A DNA stretch of 64,000 nt, from NCBI GenBank assembly GCA_043228905.1, contig JBHGNT010000020.1, positions 12,462,001 to 12,526,000 on the forward strand, given 5' to 3'. This document shows, one piece after another, positions 25,501 through 38,500 of the stretch; position 1 is the first letter of the stretch; each line of letters begins with the position of its first letter. Below the pieces are notes generated by a model. The model was not told the DNA's origin and made no database searches. It worked only from the letters and a program-made list of their open reading frames with translations. Source of the stretch: Azolla caroliniana (Eukaryota > Plantae > Polypodiophyta). The translations under genes and the position numbers were made by a program.

Positions 25501-25884
25501 GGGGACCTAGTGATATGTCCTGAGGGCACTACGTGTAGAGAACCATATTTGTTGAGGTATAGCCCACTCTTTGCCGAGATAACCAACGATATCGTGCCAG
25601 TTGGGATAAATGTGGACATGGGTTTGTTCCATGGGACGACAGCAAGGGGGTTCAAAGCCATGGACCCCTTCTATTTCTTGATGAACCCAAGGCCCAAGTA
25701 TTGTGTGACCATAATGGAGCCTTTGGGAAGAGGGGACACATGCGGGGGTGGGAAGACGAGTGTCGAAGTCGCGAATCACATACAAAAGGTGTTGGGTGGA
25801 GTCATGGGTTATGAGTGCACCAACCTTACTAGGAGGGATAAGTATAAGGTTCTTGCCGGGAATGATGGCATTGTCCGCCCCTAG
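22503..25884 (+). CDS. GPAT: sn-2 glycerol-3-phosphate acyltransferase (land-plant GPAT1-8 family), 2 exons: 22503-23300 and 25018-25884, ~554 aa
   Basis: FPYFMLVAFEAG, LIFHDGRLVKLPTP, catalytic HX4D (HRTLLD), CPEGTTCREPYLLR and LTRRDKYKVLAGNDG. Phase-0 intron AAG|GTATGT...TGCAG|GAA joins LSLCK|EGYVV. Confidence 0.95.
23320..23825. repeat. Intronic ~40-bp minisatellite (TCTGTTTTGATCTTAACACAAG core)
   Basis: About 12 diverged copies right after the GPAT donor site. Confidence 0.85.
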
Positions 25885-26849
25885 TGTGAAATGTTGTTTA
25901 TCATATGTTCGCCCCCAACCCCCAATGTACTTGGTATCGTTTCTTTGCTGTCTTGTTTCAACTTTAGCAAAATTTAAAGAAACTTTTTCTTCTTTTTACC
26001 GAATTCTTAACGCCGTTGTCAATTGCCTTGGTTGCGGAGGAGTGTCTTCAGACTTTAAGCACACACCCATCAAACTATAATAAATAAGCACATACCCATC
26101 AAACTATAACAAAAAACATTTGGCTTGCCCCAATCGTTAAAAGAGTTTTATGACAACACCACCTAGTATTTATTCGGTCACCTCGTGTTAACTATGATAA
26201 CCCTTCAGCAAATCTGGTTTGTCTTTCTTACATTTCACATTGAATGTAGACGAAAGCTACATAACCAAACATTGCACATTTCCTTCCTTTCATGCTTCTA
26301 TTGCAACAAATGATGGTTTGTGAAAGGTGTTGAATTATTGGTTACTATGACTTGAAATCTACACAGCCCCCTATAGAAAAGGAAAAAGCTATGCAAGGCA
26401 TTCTATGATTGGAATTCTTATTTATTGTAACATTGGATAACTAAGAGTATTTATTTTGACATTTGAAACTATACTTATCAATGATGTAGGAGTATCTTGT
26501 TTGTATAGTGGTTTGTTCATTCAAATTGCTTATTTCTTGTGTGTATTCCTTAAAATAAGTTGAAAGATGGACAACATAAAACTTGACACGCTACTTGAAT
26601 AATACAAATGTATCTTTATGTTTGGTGGAAATGACATAACTGAAAAGACTTTCTTGCTTTGCTTAAACTTGACCTATGCCTTGCAAAGGCCCAAAACCTA
26701 CCCATCATCTTATTCCTCTACATAATCAAATTCAGTCCAAATTTTGCCTAATAACAGCAAATGATATTCCTTCATATGTAGTTTGATACTTCATTCTACA
26801 TCATAGTTCCAATTGTTATGCTTGTTTGGATAGATCTAAACCTTTTATG

Positions 26850-27215
26850 GATCTAGAGGAGGATATTACGTTGCTTGAATGGCAAGAGAAAGGTTATTAT
26901 CTTGCTTAAAATAAGAATTAATACAACATGCAAGAATTTTGCTATATGAGACACCATTGTTTCATGTCACATCTCTCAAGGCTACAAGATAATACAAGAA
27001 TTAATATGCTCAAACTTCCACAAGCTCCAAACTATGCAATTGACACAAAATGGAACACAAACTTAGATAGGGCATGTGTTACACAAATTAGATAAATCGT
27101 TTCAATGGAGGTAAACATTATATGAACAACTATAGAGAGTCATGGTGTCCTTCTATGACAAATTTCTGTGGAAGTGTATGGAAACAAAGCCAAGGTCATG
27201 GGCCTAAGATAATAT
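26850..27215 (+). mobile_element. Highly decayed LINE (RTE-like) 3' remnant
   Basis: Weak resemblance near 27010-27060 to the RTE C-terminal (QLRxSSHxLxIExGR) region. CATGGGCC at ~27197 is like the 3' end of the local RTE. Confidence 0.25.
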
Positions 27216-28811
27216 ACATGGACATATGGACAAGAAAGTTTTTTAAAATATCCAAACACCATTGATCATCTTGTCACTCTTGGACTCTTAATATGCACTG
27301 TAGACTTTATGAACACACATATATATATATATATATATTAACACTTTTGTAAATCCATATGCACATGATACATAATGTGCACATGGGAGATTTTCGAGCT
27401 TTTAACTAGCACTATTAGTGACAAAAAACCAATGACCACTCTCATCAACTCTCTTTGTGCTGTGGATTGATGAATTGAAACAATTGATTAAGAAATTTGT
27501 GGGACGAAGACATTGCACTTGTGAATGTAGTCATCATACTACATCTTGAAACTTTTACATTGTACATCTTACGAGGAATATTTATTATGAATCCTTTGAG
27601 GTGTACAACATTAATATCTTATAAAAGGAGTCTAGTTCTTGAAATCTTATTTTGTGCTGATGTGAATGAAATATTTTATGTGGACAATATGAGGTCAAGG
27701 TCGGCTAATGCTCTCTATGTAAAGTATATACGACATTATGTATAATACTCTAGCAAAGATAAGTGACATAAATCAGGTAGCTCCTAATGGGAATAGATAG
27801 CTTAGGGAATAGGCAAAAGGTTTGTTTCACCTAAACTAATAAATGGATTGGACAATCCATTGGATATCACGCCTAATTTTTGTAATTGTTTGAAACTAGT
27901 TTGACTAATTAGATCCAAGACACCTTTCAAGATTAATGAATGGATTGGTTCATATGAATTGCTATTTTGAAGTTTTCCGATAGTAAGTTTGAGTTAGATA
28001 TAAGGTTCCTTTCACAATTAAATAAATGTATTGATCAATCACTTACTATTTTGAAGTTTTTCGGGAGATACTTCAAGCTAGATACAGAAAGTTTCTTCTC
28101 GATTAATATATTGATTAATCAATGGATTGATATTATGCTCATTTCCAGGTTGTTTGGGGCCTAGTCGAAAATTAGATGTAAAGTGCCTTTCAAAGTAATG
28201 ATATTTGATTATCTAAATGATTGGGCCTTTCTTTTAGATGTCATTTGCACACGTACATCACCATTGATTTTTATTTATTTTTGTCTTGCGTGGTGGCCAC
28301 AAATATAGGACCACGACTCAATTTTGTCCAATCTCTACAATCCCTTCAAACAGACATATATCGTCTTTTACTTGAAGAGGACAAGGTTCAGTTTATTGTC
28401 CATTTTCATCAACAAAGAAAATAACCGTGGTACAAGTTCATTTTTTGGGTTACAATCAAATGGGATGTCCTCGAGGGTAATCCCTTTTGCTATCGGTTTT
28501 TCAAAGGTAATAAAAAAACATGCAATGTCAAGGGAAACTATGAGAGTTGTAGTGAAATGAGAACTATTAAGTAGGTTAGATTTGACATGCTCGTGGCCCT
28601 TTTCTGTAAATAACTCTCTCGACTCTGTATATCTTTAAAGGACGGATTTTAGACACCTCTAAAATAATAGTCACCACAATTTTGTGTTGTTTAAAGAATG
28701 ACGTGGATGTCATAATCATGGTTTTCCATAATTTAGCCCAAAAAAATCTTCAATACATGTGGTTTTCATGGGTCACAACGCTCATGTTCTTGAGTGTTGC
28801 ACAATAACTAG

Positions 28812-29335
28812 GGGAATGACGTTTATTTCCCCAAGTACTTTGTTCATTTGTTCTCTACTTTCATACTTATCTCTAGCACCATGAATTGTCGAAACAAGGA
28901 AGTTAGTTCACTTGTAAAGGGAAATTTGTACTATTAAATGTGTCATTATGCAACTCAATGACTATTATTTTGAGTGTTGGCATGCCACTTTGTGAGCGAT
29001 AAGAGTGTGATTTGAAAGGTTGACATGTCTATCTCGTTAAAGGTTTCATTGAGAATTGGCAAATGAAAAGCATTCTTAAAGATATTATTTTGTAGCTAGA
29101 GGAATGCCGATTTTATCTCCAAGTAATGTTTGCTCACTCATTTTCTCCGTCATACTTATGTTTGCCATCGATGATTGAAACAATGAAGTCAGTTCCGATG
29201 TAAAACAAAACTTAGTACTATTAAATGTGTCATTCTACAACTGGATGGCTCTAGGTTTGAGTGTTGGTGTCGCTTTGTGAGTATAAGTGTGCAATTCAAA
29301 GTGTTGACATGTCAATGTCATCAAAAGTTTCATTA
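28812..29335. repeat. Old ~288-bp tandem duplication
   Basis: Shared blocks such as GTACTATTAAATGTGTCATT (28928, 29215), TTTGAGTGTTGG and GTTGACATGTC. Confidence 0.7.
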
Positions 29336-29459
29336 AACTCAAGCTAACATGCGTTGATGAGTTAGCCTATGATTCAAAATTTTCTATCATTGAAATTTAA
29401 ATGTGTAGGATGTAGCAATGCCTTCTCACACAATGGCATATTCATTGAAAAGGGGATAT

Positions 29460-29722
29460 TATCAAAATGTGCTTACAATCAATCACCTACAAGAAACCCA
29501 TGCTTGCTTTTATTCAAGACTACATATATATGATTCGTATGAAACCACCATATCAAAATGTGCTTACAATCATCTAGCCCATACTTGCTTTTATTAAAAA
29601 CTACATACATATATATGGTTGGTTTGAAAGCAACCTATCAAAATGTGCTTACAATCATCTATTAGAAAGCCATGCTGGCGTTTATTCAAAATTACATATA
29701 TATGGTTGGTTTGAAAGCAACA
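29460..29722. repeat. ~90-bp tandem repeat, 3 copies
   Basis: TATCAAAATGTGCTTACAATC at ~29460, 29551 and 29636. Confidence 0.8.
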
Positions 29723-30907
29723 TGGGACATTCTGAAAATTTAAATGTTTAAAGTAATCAAGGAATTGGGATGACATGTTAGCTTAATCCGCATAATAATC
29801 TTGATTAACAAGATCAATATTCTAATTTGACCAATTAAAGCATGCATACTTTCTACTTCGAAAGTAGTTAGCAATCAAATCTTGTAATTAGCATAATACA
29901 TTTCTTAATTTCTATAAAGTAATCATCATAACTTCAAGGGTATAATTATGTGCTTATAAGCAAACATACTTTCGGAGTTTCTCAATATGAGGGTGTCTAA
30001 CCAATGCCCCAGCTAGTTAATCCCTCTCTAACAAGGAAGATGCTACAAAATGAACCCAAATGACACATATACAACATAAGAAAAGAAAACAACAAAACCT
30101 TCTTCTCCCTAAAATAGTGAGGACCTTATAGCAAGGTAAACCTTCTAAGGTCTTGTAAGAGGAGTTGATATAAAGGCAACTCCTCTGAGGCCAAGGTGAA
30201 TATAGAGCTTAGCTCTAAGAACTTACAAATCAAAATTTCCACTCAATTTACATGCATCGGACAAGAGCTCGATTTGAAAAGATAAAAAAAATTATCAAGT
30301 TGCACAATGACACATTTAATAGTAAAAATGTATCCATTGAAAGGATGACAAAATTATTGAGTTGTAGAACACACAAAATTATCAACTAAAGGGACAATAA
30401 ATTTACACACTTAATGATGTCCAAAGGTGTTGTACAACAACCCAAATGCCTTTCTACAATGCGAAATGAACGTAAAAGAATAAATGCATAAGATTCTCTT
30501 TAGAAAGTGAACCAAGAAAAACATATCTTAAGTATCTTTGTCAAAGGCAACATTCTCACCGAAGAAACATTTTCTCATTGAATGAATATGTGTATCACTT
30601 CAATCTTCTTTCAGGCAACTTGGTAATTAGTATAACTGATGTCAACTAAAGGAGTAGACAAGTCTTAGTATTTGATCCGTAATAGTTAGGAACATTCTCT
30701 TCCTAGTGATTTATCAAGCTAAGACCACCATCACAAAAGAGGGTAAAATGTGGGGTTTGTGCAAGATGTGGTCAATTGGCTAGAAAACTAAGCATTGTGC
30801 ATTGAGGGGTTCGGTTTTGAGCTTTTCTACATCATGGCTACAACTAAATGACTCAAGAGGCAGCAAGATTAAGCATGTTTGCACTTTATCAATGTGAGTA
30901 GGAGTGC

Positions 30908-31080
30908 CAAGTCAAATTATGTGGAACAAGTCTACTTGTTGATTGATGCTACTTTCTATTGGAACTTGTACGACCAAGTGAGAAGAGTGGCAAGTCAAAT
31001 TATGTGGAACAAGTCTACTTGTTGCTTGAAGCTACTTTCTATTGGAACTTGTATGACCAAGTGAGAAGAGTGGCAAGTCA
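30908..31080. repeat. ~83-bp tandem duplication
   Basis: CAAGTCAAATTATGTGGAACAAGTCTACTTGTTG...CCAAGTGAGAAGAGTGG occurs twice. Confidence 0.85.
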
Positions 31081-31558
31081 TAGAAATCAAAGTGCCACGA
31101 GATTGGTTGCATTCTAGTATTGTTCTAATGGTTGATCGACATTTCACTTCAAATGATCTTGGACATCAACGTGTAGAATTGAGTTGCATCGAAGTGTGTG
31201 TGGAGTTTATCATGTTCAGATAATTTGTTACGGTAGGTAGTGGTAATTGTTAATGTAGCATAAGATTGAGAGGGTGGTTGAATAGAGTATCCTTTTTTAG
31301 GATGACATCTACAAATGATTGTGGATAGGGTTTATTTATGCAAGGAAGAATGTTTGCATGACATGTATCAGGGTATACATGGTAGGGGTTGTGATGAACT
31401 GGGAAATATAGTTCTATACATTACAATGGATTAAGATATGCAAGTGTATGTTTGTGTGTGATATAGAAAATAGAAGATTCACAAGACAATGTATTCAGCA
31501 AAATGGGGAATGATTACACAATGAAGCTACATTACAATGGATTAAGATATGCAAGTGG

Positions 31559-31618
<60 letters not shown>

Positions 31619-32513
31619 TATAGAAAATAGAAGCTAAAGCTTACAATCAATAATGACAAGGTAAGTTCTTATGTTAATATGGAAATTGTCAGAAAATAGT
31701 GCCAATTTTAGTACAAAATCTGTGTATTTTATGACTATCTAAGAAACATGACAACATGATCTAACATATTGCGGTAATAAACTTCCATTACCAATGCATA
31801 TCGATGAGTTTTATCACACATACTCAAGTATGAGTGATGAATATATGGCGTTCCCCTGCTCCTAGCATCAAGGCTTCCCAATGCCAAACTTGACTATCAT
31901 GACACCCCTTGAGATACTACTCACTCATCCAATTGAAACCCCATTGATGAATGACGCAATTCTTTAAATTGTGATGTGCTCAAAAATATTTATGTCCCCC
32001 TACTAACTTAATAGGAAGCGCATCAAAGGTTGTCAAAAGGTTCATGCATTCTCATTCACTGGCACTACTCTATGGGTGCCATCCATATTATTTGCATTTG
32101 ACAAACTATAAATGCTCTTCCTTCTTCATGTGCAATCTCCCACCATTTTGTAGCTCATTTCTCTCATGCATCCATTAGAAATGATGATTTGGTAAAGGCT
32201 AATGTACTCTCCTTCCTGAGCTTTCCAACTATGAATAGTTTGTTAGTTTTTCCATCAACGTGATCTAATCTCATGACAAATTAGTGCATAACCCATCAAG
32301 TATTGTTGCATTTATAGTTTACTCTTTGAAATCTTGTTAAAGTTTAAATACCTTAATTTTCATGGATTTTAAAGTGGTTCAAGATCAACTCTGCCCATCA
32401 AAAAACCCTTCCCCTTTTACCATAAAAGGTAGAGCATCTTATTTCTTACCCTTTTTTCCTTTTTCATATTAGAATTTACATGGTGTAGAATTTAGTGGGT
32501 TTTCTTCAGGAGA

Positions 32514-35500
32514 CTATTTAGCTTTTGTTGGCGTTTTGACTCGTCCTTGTTTCTTTTTAGGTGGCTCTGGAGGAGGAGGCTCACAAGGCACTTCTTCAAC
32601 ACCTTGTCCTTCAAGGAGAACAGAAAAGCCTCGTCCTTTAAGGACTTCAATATGAATTGTTTGGTTATACATCCTAGGTTCCCGTGGACTAAACTTAATA
32701 TTTACAACTTGTTGATTTGGTTCAAATTCACATGAACCCTTTACGAGTCCTTCATGTGTATCGAATGTAAAATATGAATCATCATGAGTGTTTTCATCAA
32801 TTGTTCCATTGACAGGTACCGAAGCCTGTTGATTTAAAATAAGGACACGAGTTAAAACCCTGAAAGCATTGATGGTACTACAGATTCATTACATCCATAT
32901 ACATAGCTACATTTCTTACACATTTGACGGTACCATAGATTCATTACATGCATATGTAGAGCCACATTTCTTGCAAAATGTTTGTGAAACTTGCACATTA
33001 TTTGAAGTATTGTTGCAAGTGATTTCTTAGTCAATTCTTGTGCTTATCAAGAGCTTATCTTCTATGCAATGAAAATACTGATTTTTTCCAGCGAATAGAT
33101 TCTTTTCACAACTCGAAAGAAAGACCAAACAAAAAATATATTCTAGTAAAAATGAAAACAGCATTTGACTCTACACAACCAAGAGCCATAAAGCATTGTC
33201 ATTCTAGAAGACGACAGCCTTTTACTTTGAGATAAATCAAAAGAATTGTATCTTACCCAATCAGTTGTATCAAGAGATACAAACATCTTCTTTACCACTA
33301 AGTGCCATTCGGCATCAACTGGTTGCATGTTGGATATTGTCAATGGAATAGTTTGAGATGAGCCAATAAGAACTGCTCCAAACCATATTGACTTGGTATA
33401 AGCAATCACTTTCGGAAACTCTATAAAACCTATCATTGATATTGTCTGCACGACACATTTTTAACATTACATTTTCATAATGGTTATGAAACTCCACATA
33501 ACCCATCAGAAATATTATCTGCAAGAGACAATTTAACATTATATTTTCCATAATTGAAATTATTCAACGATAGATTGCATTACCTGATGAAATCCATTTG
33601 AGAAACTTATCAAAATATCATCTTCAATTTTAAGATCTTCACATCGACTTAACATTTCTTCAGTTGGTGTGAAGTTAATCTCTAACATAAGCACATGTGA
33701 AGGAGGTAAAATGATATCCAAGAGTGAATCGCAACTGAATGCAGTGGTGGTGATGTCCAGAGACAAGCTTCTCAAGATCTTAACTACGAAGAATGGTTGT
33801 GGCAATGTAATACTGAAACAAATATTGTGACTGTAGCTATTCATAAGGAATAACGAGTGATTGTTGGAGCTTTGTTGTGAATGTGAACTACTTCCAACAA
33901 AATAAAATTCCAATTTCTCATCAGCACTTGTCTTCAAACTGCGTCCACATACACATACGAATACATCAAGTTCTTGAACAATCTATAAGTCATTCATTCA
34001 CTTAAAAGGAATATTTTACATTGAAATGCAACACGAAATCTGTAGAGATTGTCAACAATCTTCTACGATGTGATGAGAATTTCGATATTGACAGGGTATC
34101 ACACAGTACACAGTCAAAATATTGGCATATGTATGAAACTGCCAAAAGTTAACTGGAAATGAAACTTATTGATTTTACACCTGCAGTTCATCATCATACA
34201 TTCATCCACATGCAGATATTTATCCAAACATGTATGAAACATTTCCGGTATTTGGATTGCAAATCATTTCTTGCAATGGAAAACACCTTTACTGGTACAT
34301 TGGATATCAACCTCAAAAGAAACTCCAGTTGATTAGATAGCATTCAATGAATTGTAAAGTTCTGGTCTCTATTCATATTGCTTGACCATTTTTAACTTCA
34401 CGAGATGTACATACATGGAGAAGGAATGGGTAACTAAAAAACCTGCAATCTTGTGGAATTGAGATTTCAAGAACCTATGGACCACTGGTTCAGGCAACAA
34501 TGGATCCTATCTTTATTTATATTCACTAAAAGTAAAGCCATTTTGATTAAATATGGAAAACGAAATTACACACCTTGGTGGAAAGGTTGTTGCTTCAAGG
34601 CTCACGTATAGAGAATCTACTGGTTTGATTTGGTTCGGCATTATGTTTGCTGAATGTGAAGGGTCCATATCTTTTTCTTTAATCATTGCAAGGTGGGGTT
34701 CCAGAGACTCATTGGCATATGTCTTCCCGACAAGATTTAAAAAGAAACTGCCAGCATCTTCTGAGAAAAATGTGGCTGTAAAAAGAGCACTACCTCTTGA
34801 AGGTATGCACTGCAATCATCAAAATGGTAATTATTACTGCATTGTATCCTTTCTACACCATCTCGAAGTAAAATTACACAACCTTAAACACATAACCTTT
34901 ACACATCTTAACTTTTGAATTATCCATATTATGCCAGAAAATTATGCACATATATGGTCACCAGACACTTGTAAAAACAAGGAAACACTCATTATCATTA
35001 TCTGCAAATGCATAAACAGTTTCAACATCATATGGGAAAATTCTAATATCTCAAACACAACAAAAATGATGTTTGAGGCTTTGAACAAACTGTAAATCGA
35101 AATAACAAATCAGGTGTGCAGTTTTGCTATAGGGTGTCAGCAGCAGGTGCAACATTTAATGCAACAAGGACAAATTTTAACATCTCAAATACAACAGGAA
35201 TGATGTTTGAGGCTTTGGACACTGTAAATCGAAATAACAAAATCAGATCAAATGTAAGGTTTCATACAGTAGCTGAGATTTCATAACAGCATATCAATAG
35301 ATGAGAGATCAATAAACCTGTTATGATGGCTCATTCTAAAGGGAGACTCACAAGAAATGGGTTGCAACACTCCTTCAAATTCACACAAACAACATGATCC
35401 TTACAGATACATTCTATATTTATTTTAAGTGAAAGTTCAGGTTTAACAACATATCATTAGATGAGACATCAATAAACCTGTTTTGATGGCTCAATTCTAA

Positions 35501-38500
35501 AGGGTGACTCGCACGAAATGGGTTTGTAACGCTCCTTCAAATTCACACAAACGAAGGTACAATCTTCAACTTCAAATTTTAACTGTATAGGGCCATAATC
35601 AGGATCACCCAGCATAAATACATGAACTTTTTGCTCATCCTCCACCTCAAACTCAACGTCGACACACAATTCACTAGTGGATAGGATATGCTCTTTACTT
35701 TCCCATTCAAGCTCAAAAGGAACACATGCAGCATTTGTGACCCAGAATTTTCTAGATGTCGATGGGCTACCTGCTGGTGCTGCACTCCACTTTAGTACCA
35801 TGGCTTTTCTTTCTTCAGTTTGACTAAAATCTTCAGGGGACAAATGACTCTCGTTCACAGATAATGGACAACCAACAAAACCAATAGTAAGAGGAATTTC
35901 AATATCTGAACTATTATTGCCCAGCTGCAGACCATTGACCATATCAAATTAACAGCATGATGGATTTTAAATTAAATTCATTAAGAGAATGCAATGACAG
36001 ATATCTTTTACCTTGAAATGAAGAATGTCACTATAAGTTCCTGGCACGCAAGCAAAGCAAAACACTTCACAATGCCATGACTTCCAGGCCTCTATGTCTC
36101 CTTCATAAGAAGACACTAAAACAGAAAGACCCTGGCCTCCTTTTGCACATGTTGATGACCACAACTTTTGTCGAACCATAGCACGCCCACTCTCATTAGA
36201 AAAGCTGTACATGGAATATTGCCAGATGTCATCAAGAATACCACTAGTCTTCATATCCTGATTAAGACACATGCTTGTTAATTCCACGATCTGTTTCGGT
36301 GACAAAAGCGGCCTCACATCATACTTTGCCAAGGAGACATGGATCCTCCCAGAGATACCAGTTTCATTTTGCACTGTCACCCGTAAGCAGTGTGTCATTC
36401 CTAGGCTGCATCTCTTCCCAAAATCAAGAATTGGTAGCCTTGTTCTATCGATCGATGTTATATGGTGATGCATATCACGGAAGTGCAAAAATCGGTCCAC
36501 ATAGTAACTGCAAAAAATGTCCAAAACATATAATCGGATTGTCAACTGAAGAGGATTCCCCATGCCCAAGACATTGCACAGAGCAATATATTTATTTTCC
36601 CCAGGATTTTTCGGTGTCAAATTAATGGTTATTTCTTGGATACCATTGGGAGACAATACCCCCTCCTGGGGTTGGAAGTCAAGTGCTAAAGAGGAACAAT
36701 CATTAACCATCTCTTTTGACCATTGAAAATGTTCAGATAACATAGATAGATTTTGAATGCATACTGTTTTCTGTACTGTTAAACCTAAGTATACAATACC
36801 AAAATCAAAACTGGAGGGAGATATGTTCACATTAGGGGCTGTAGCAAGTGTATTAACAATTGCATATTCGGCAGGGGCTTTTCCACCTGCAACTTCACAA
36901 GTAATCGCCCATCTATATTGTCCACAATGTACTGGGCTATATTTCACTTTTACATTAACTGAACTCTTTGGTGGAATTGTTTCCTCCGGAGGAAAAAGCA
37001 AGAGTTCTGGATGTGATATTTGATGCGGCACCCTCTCATTCACCACCACATCACCATGATCACCTGAAATATTACAGTTAATCCTTGATAGAAAACTCTT
37101 ATGGAAGTTGGTACCAACTGATGTATTTTTTGGCATTGTTTTTGGGTAATTAGAATGAAGTTTCCCCAGATCTCTGTTATCTTGGTGATCAATCATCTGT
37201 CGAATAAGAGCTGTGGAAAGCTTAAAACAAGCAGGAGATAGGCTTGTATTGGTTAATATAAGCTCCAACGAAGAATCCTTTCCAACCTGACATAAAAACT
37301 TCAGTGCTAAATATTGATATACCATTTATTTGTCTTCAATTTCAAGTCAATGCAAAAAATAAAGATGGCAAAGCATCTGATTGATTCTTTGTTATTATGT
37401 CTAAAGGCATACACCTGGACAGTTCCAAAATCAAGCAAACAAGGAGAGAGCTGAATCCGAGGCCCTTGTATTGAGCCGTCAACATGAAGAACTAAACGTG
37501 GACCTCCCATAATCTCACAAACAAGCTTTTCTTGTAGTCTACCAATAGTCCTTGCAATCATACAAACTTTTACCTCCATTTTATCCATGGGACTTATCTG
37601 ACCTTCTGAAGGAGCTATTGAAAAATGATTCAAGTTAGCATTCTTGGTATGCGGTGTATCCAACAAACTCCAGGAGAAAACAACCCCGACACAGCTGTTG
37701 TTCTTTATTGTGACAACAGTTGTATGTGATTGCCCTTGCTGGATAATATTTGGCCAATGAAGTAACGGAGGTATAAGCTCGACTTGTAAAGGCTCTCCAA
37801 TACCAGAAAGCCTGAATTCTGCAACTTTTCTGATACGGCCTGCATTATCCGCACCTACATCCTGTCTTTCTCCATTGAATTCTTCAATTTGAGTTTTGCT
37901 AACTCCATCTTCAATACCATTTTTGCTTGTTGGGTATTCCATGATACCTTTCAGTTGTTTCCACAAGTCCGTTTCCAAGGGATAAGATTTTCTTGTATCA
38001 ATGTAAAGGGAGGCTTGTTGCCTACAAGATATGACCTCATGTGGACTGAAAGTAAACATAAAGAGCATATCTGATTCAGCATCAATGGTACCAATGTTGG
38101 GACTAACAACAAAGGCTGCCTTAAATTTCTTTGGAGACGTTTTCCGAAGATTTGAGCAATTATCTTCTATTCTCCAATGATAATGCATGGGAATTGGCAT
38201 CGGGTTCTTGATTAAAAGCTTTCTGTGGGCTTTCATACTTGATATAGTTGCACGACCAAACCAAAGTTCTATCCCATCTTGACTAGACCCAAATTGCTTG
38301 CCTGTCATGTCTTCAATAGTGAGGTCGAATTTTACACCATACCCTATGATCTCTGTCCTCCATTCAGCGCCACAATCTGTGGCAAGCTTTAATTCTAGTA
38401 TGAATTTACCAGGGGATGACGGCACAAAAAGAATAAGAACATCTCCTGCTTCATCTTTTCGCAGCCTGAACTGACTTGGATACACAAGAAAATCATGTTC

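Noticed and set aside
34442-34506. Extra DLEC1 exon with AG/GT borders
   Set aside because: It contains a stop in the required phase, and the flanking exons join in frame without it.
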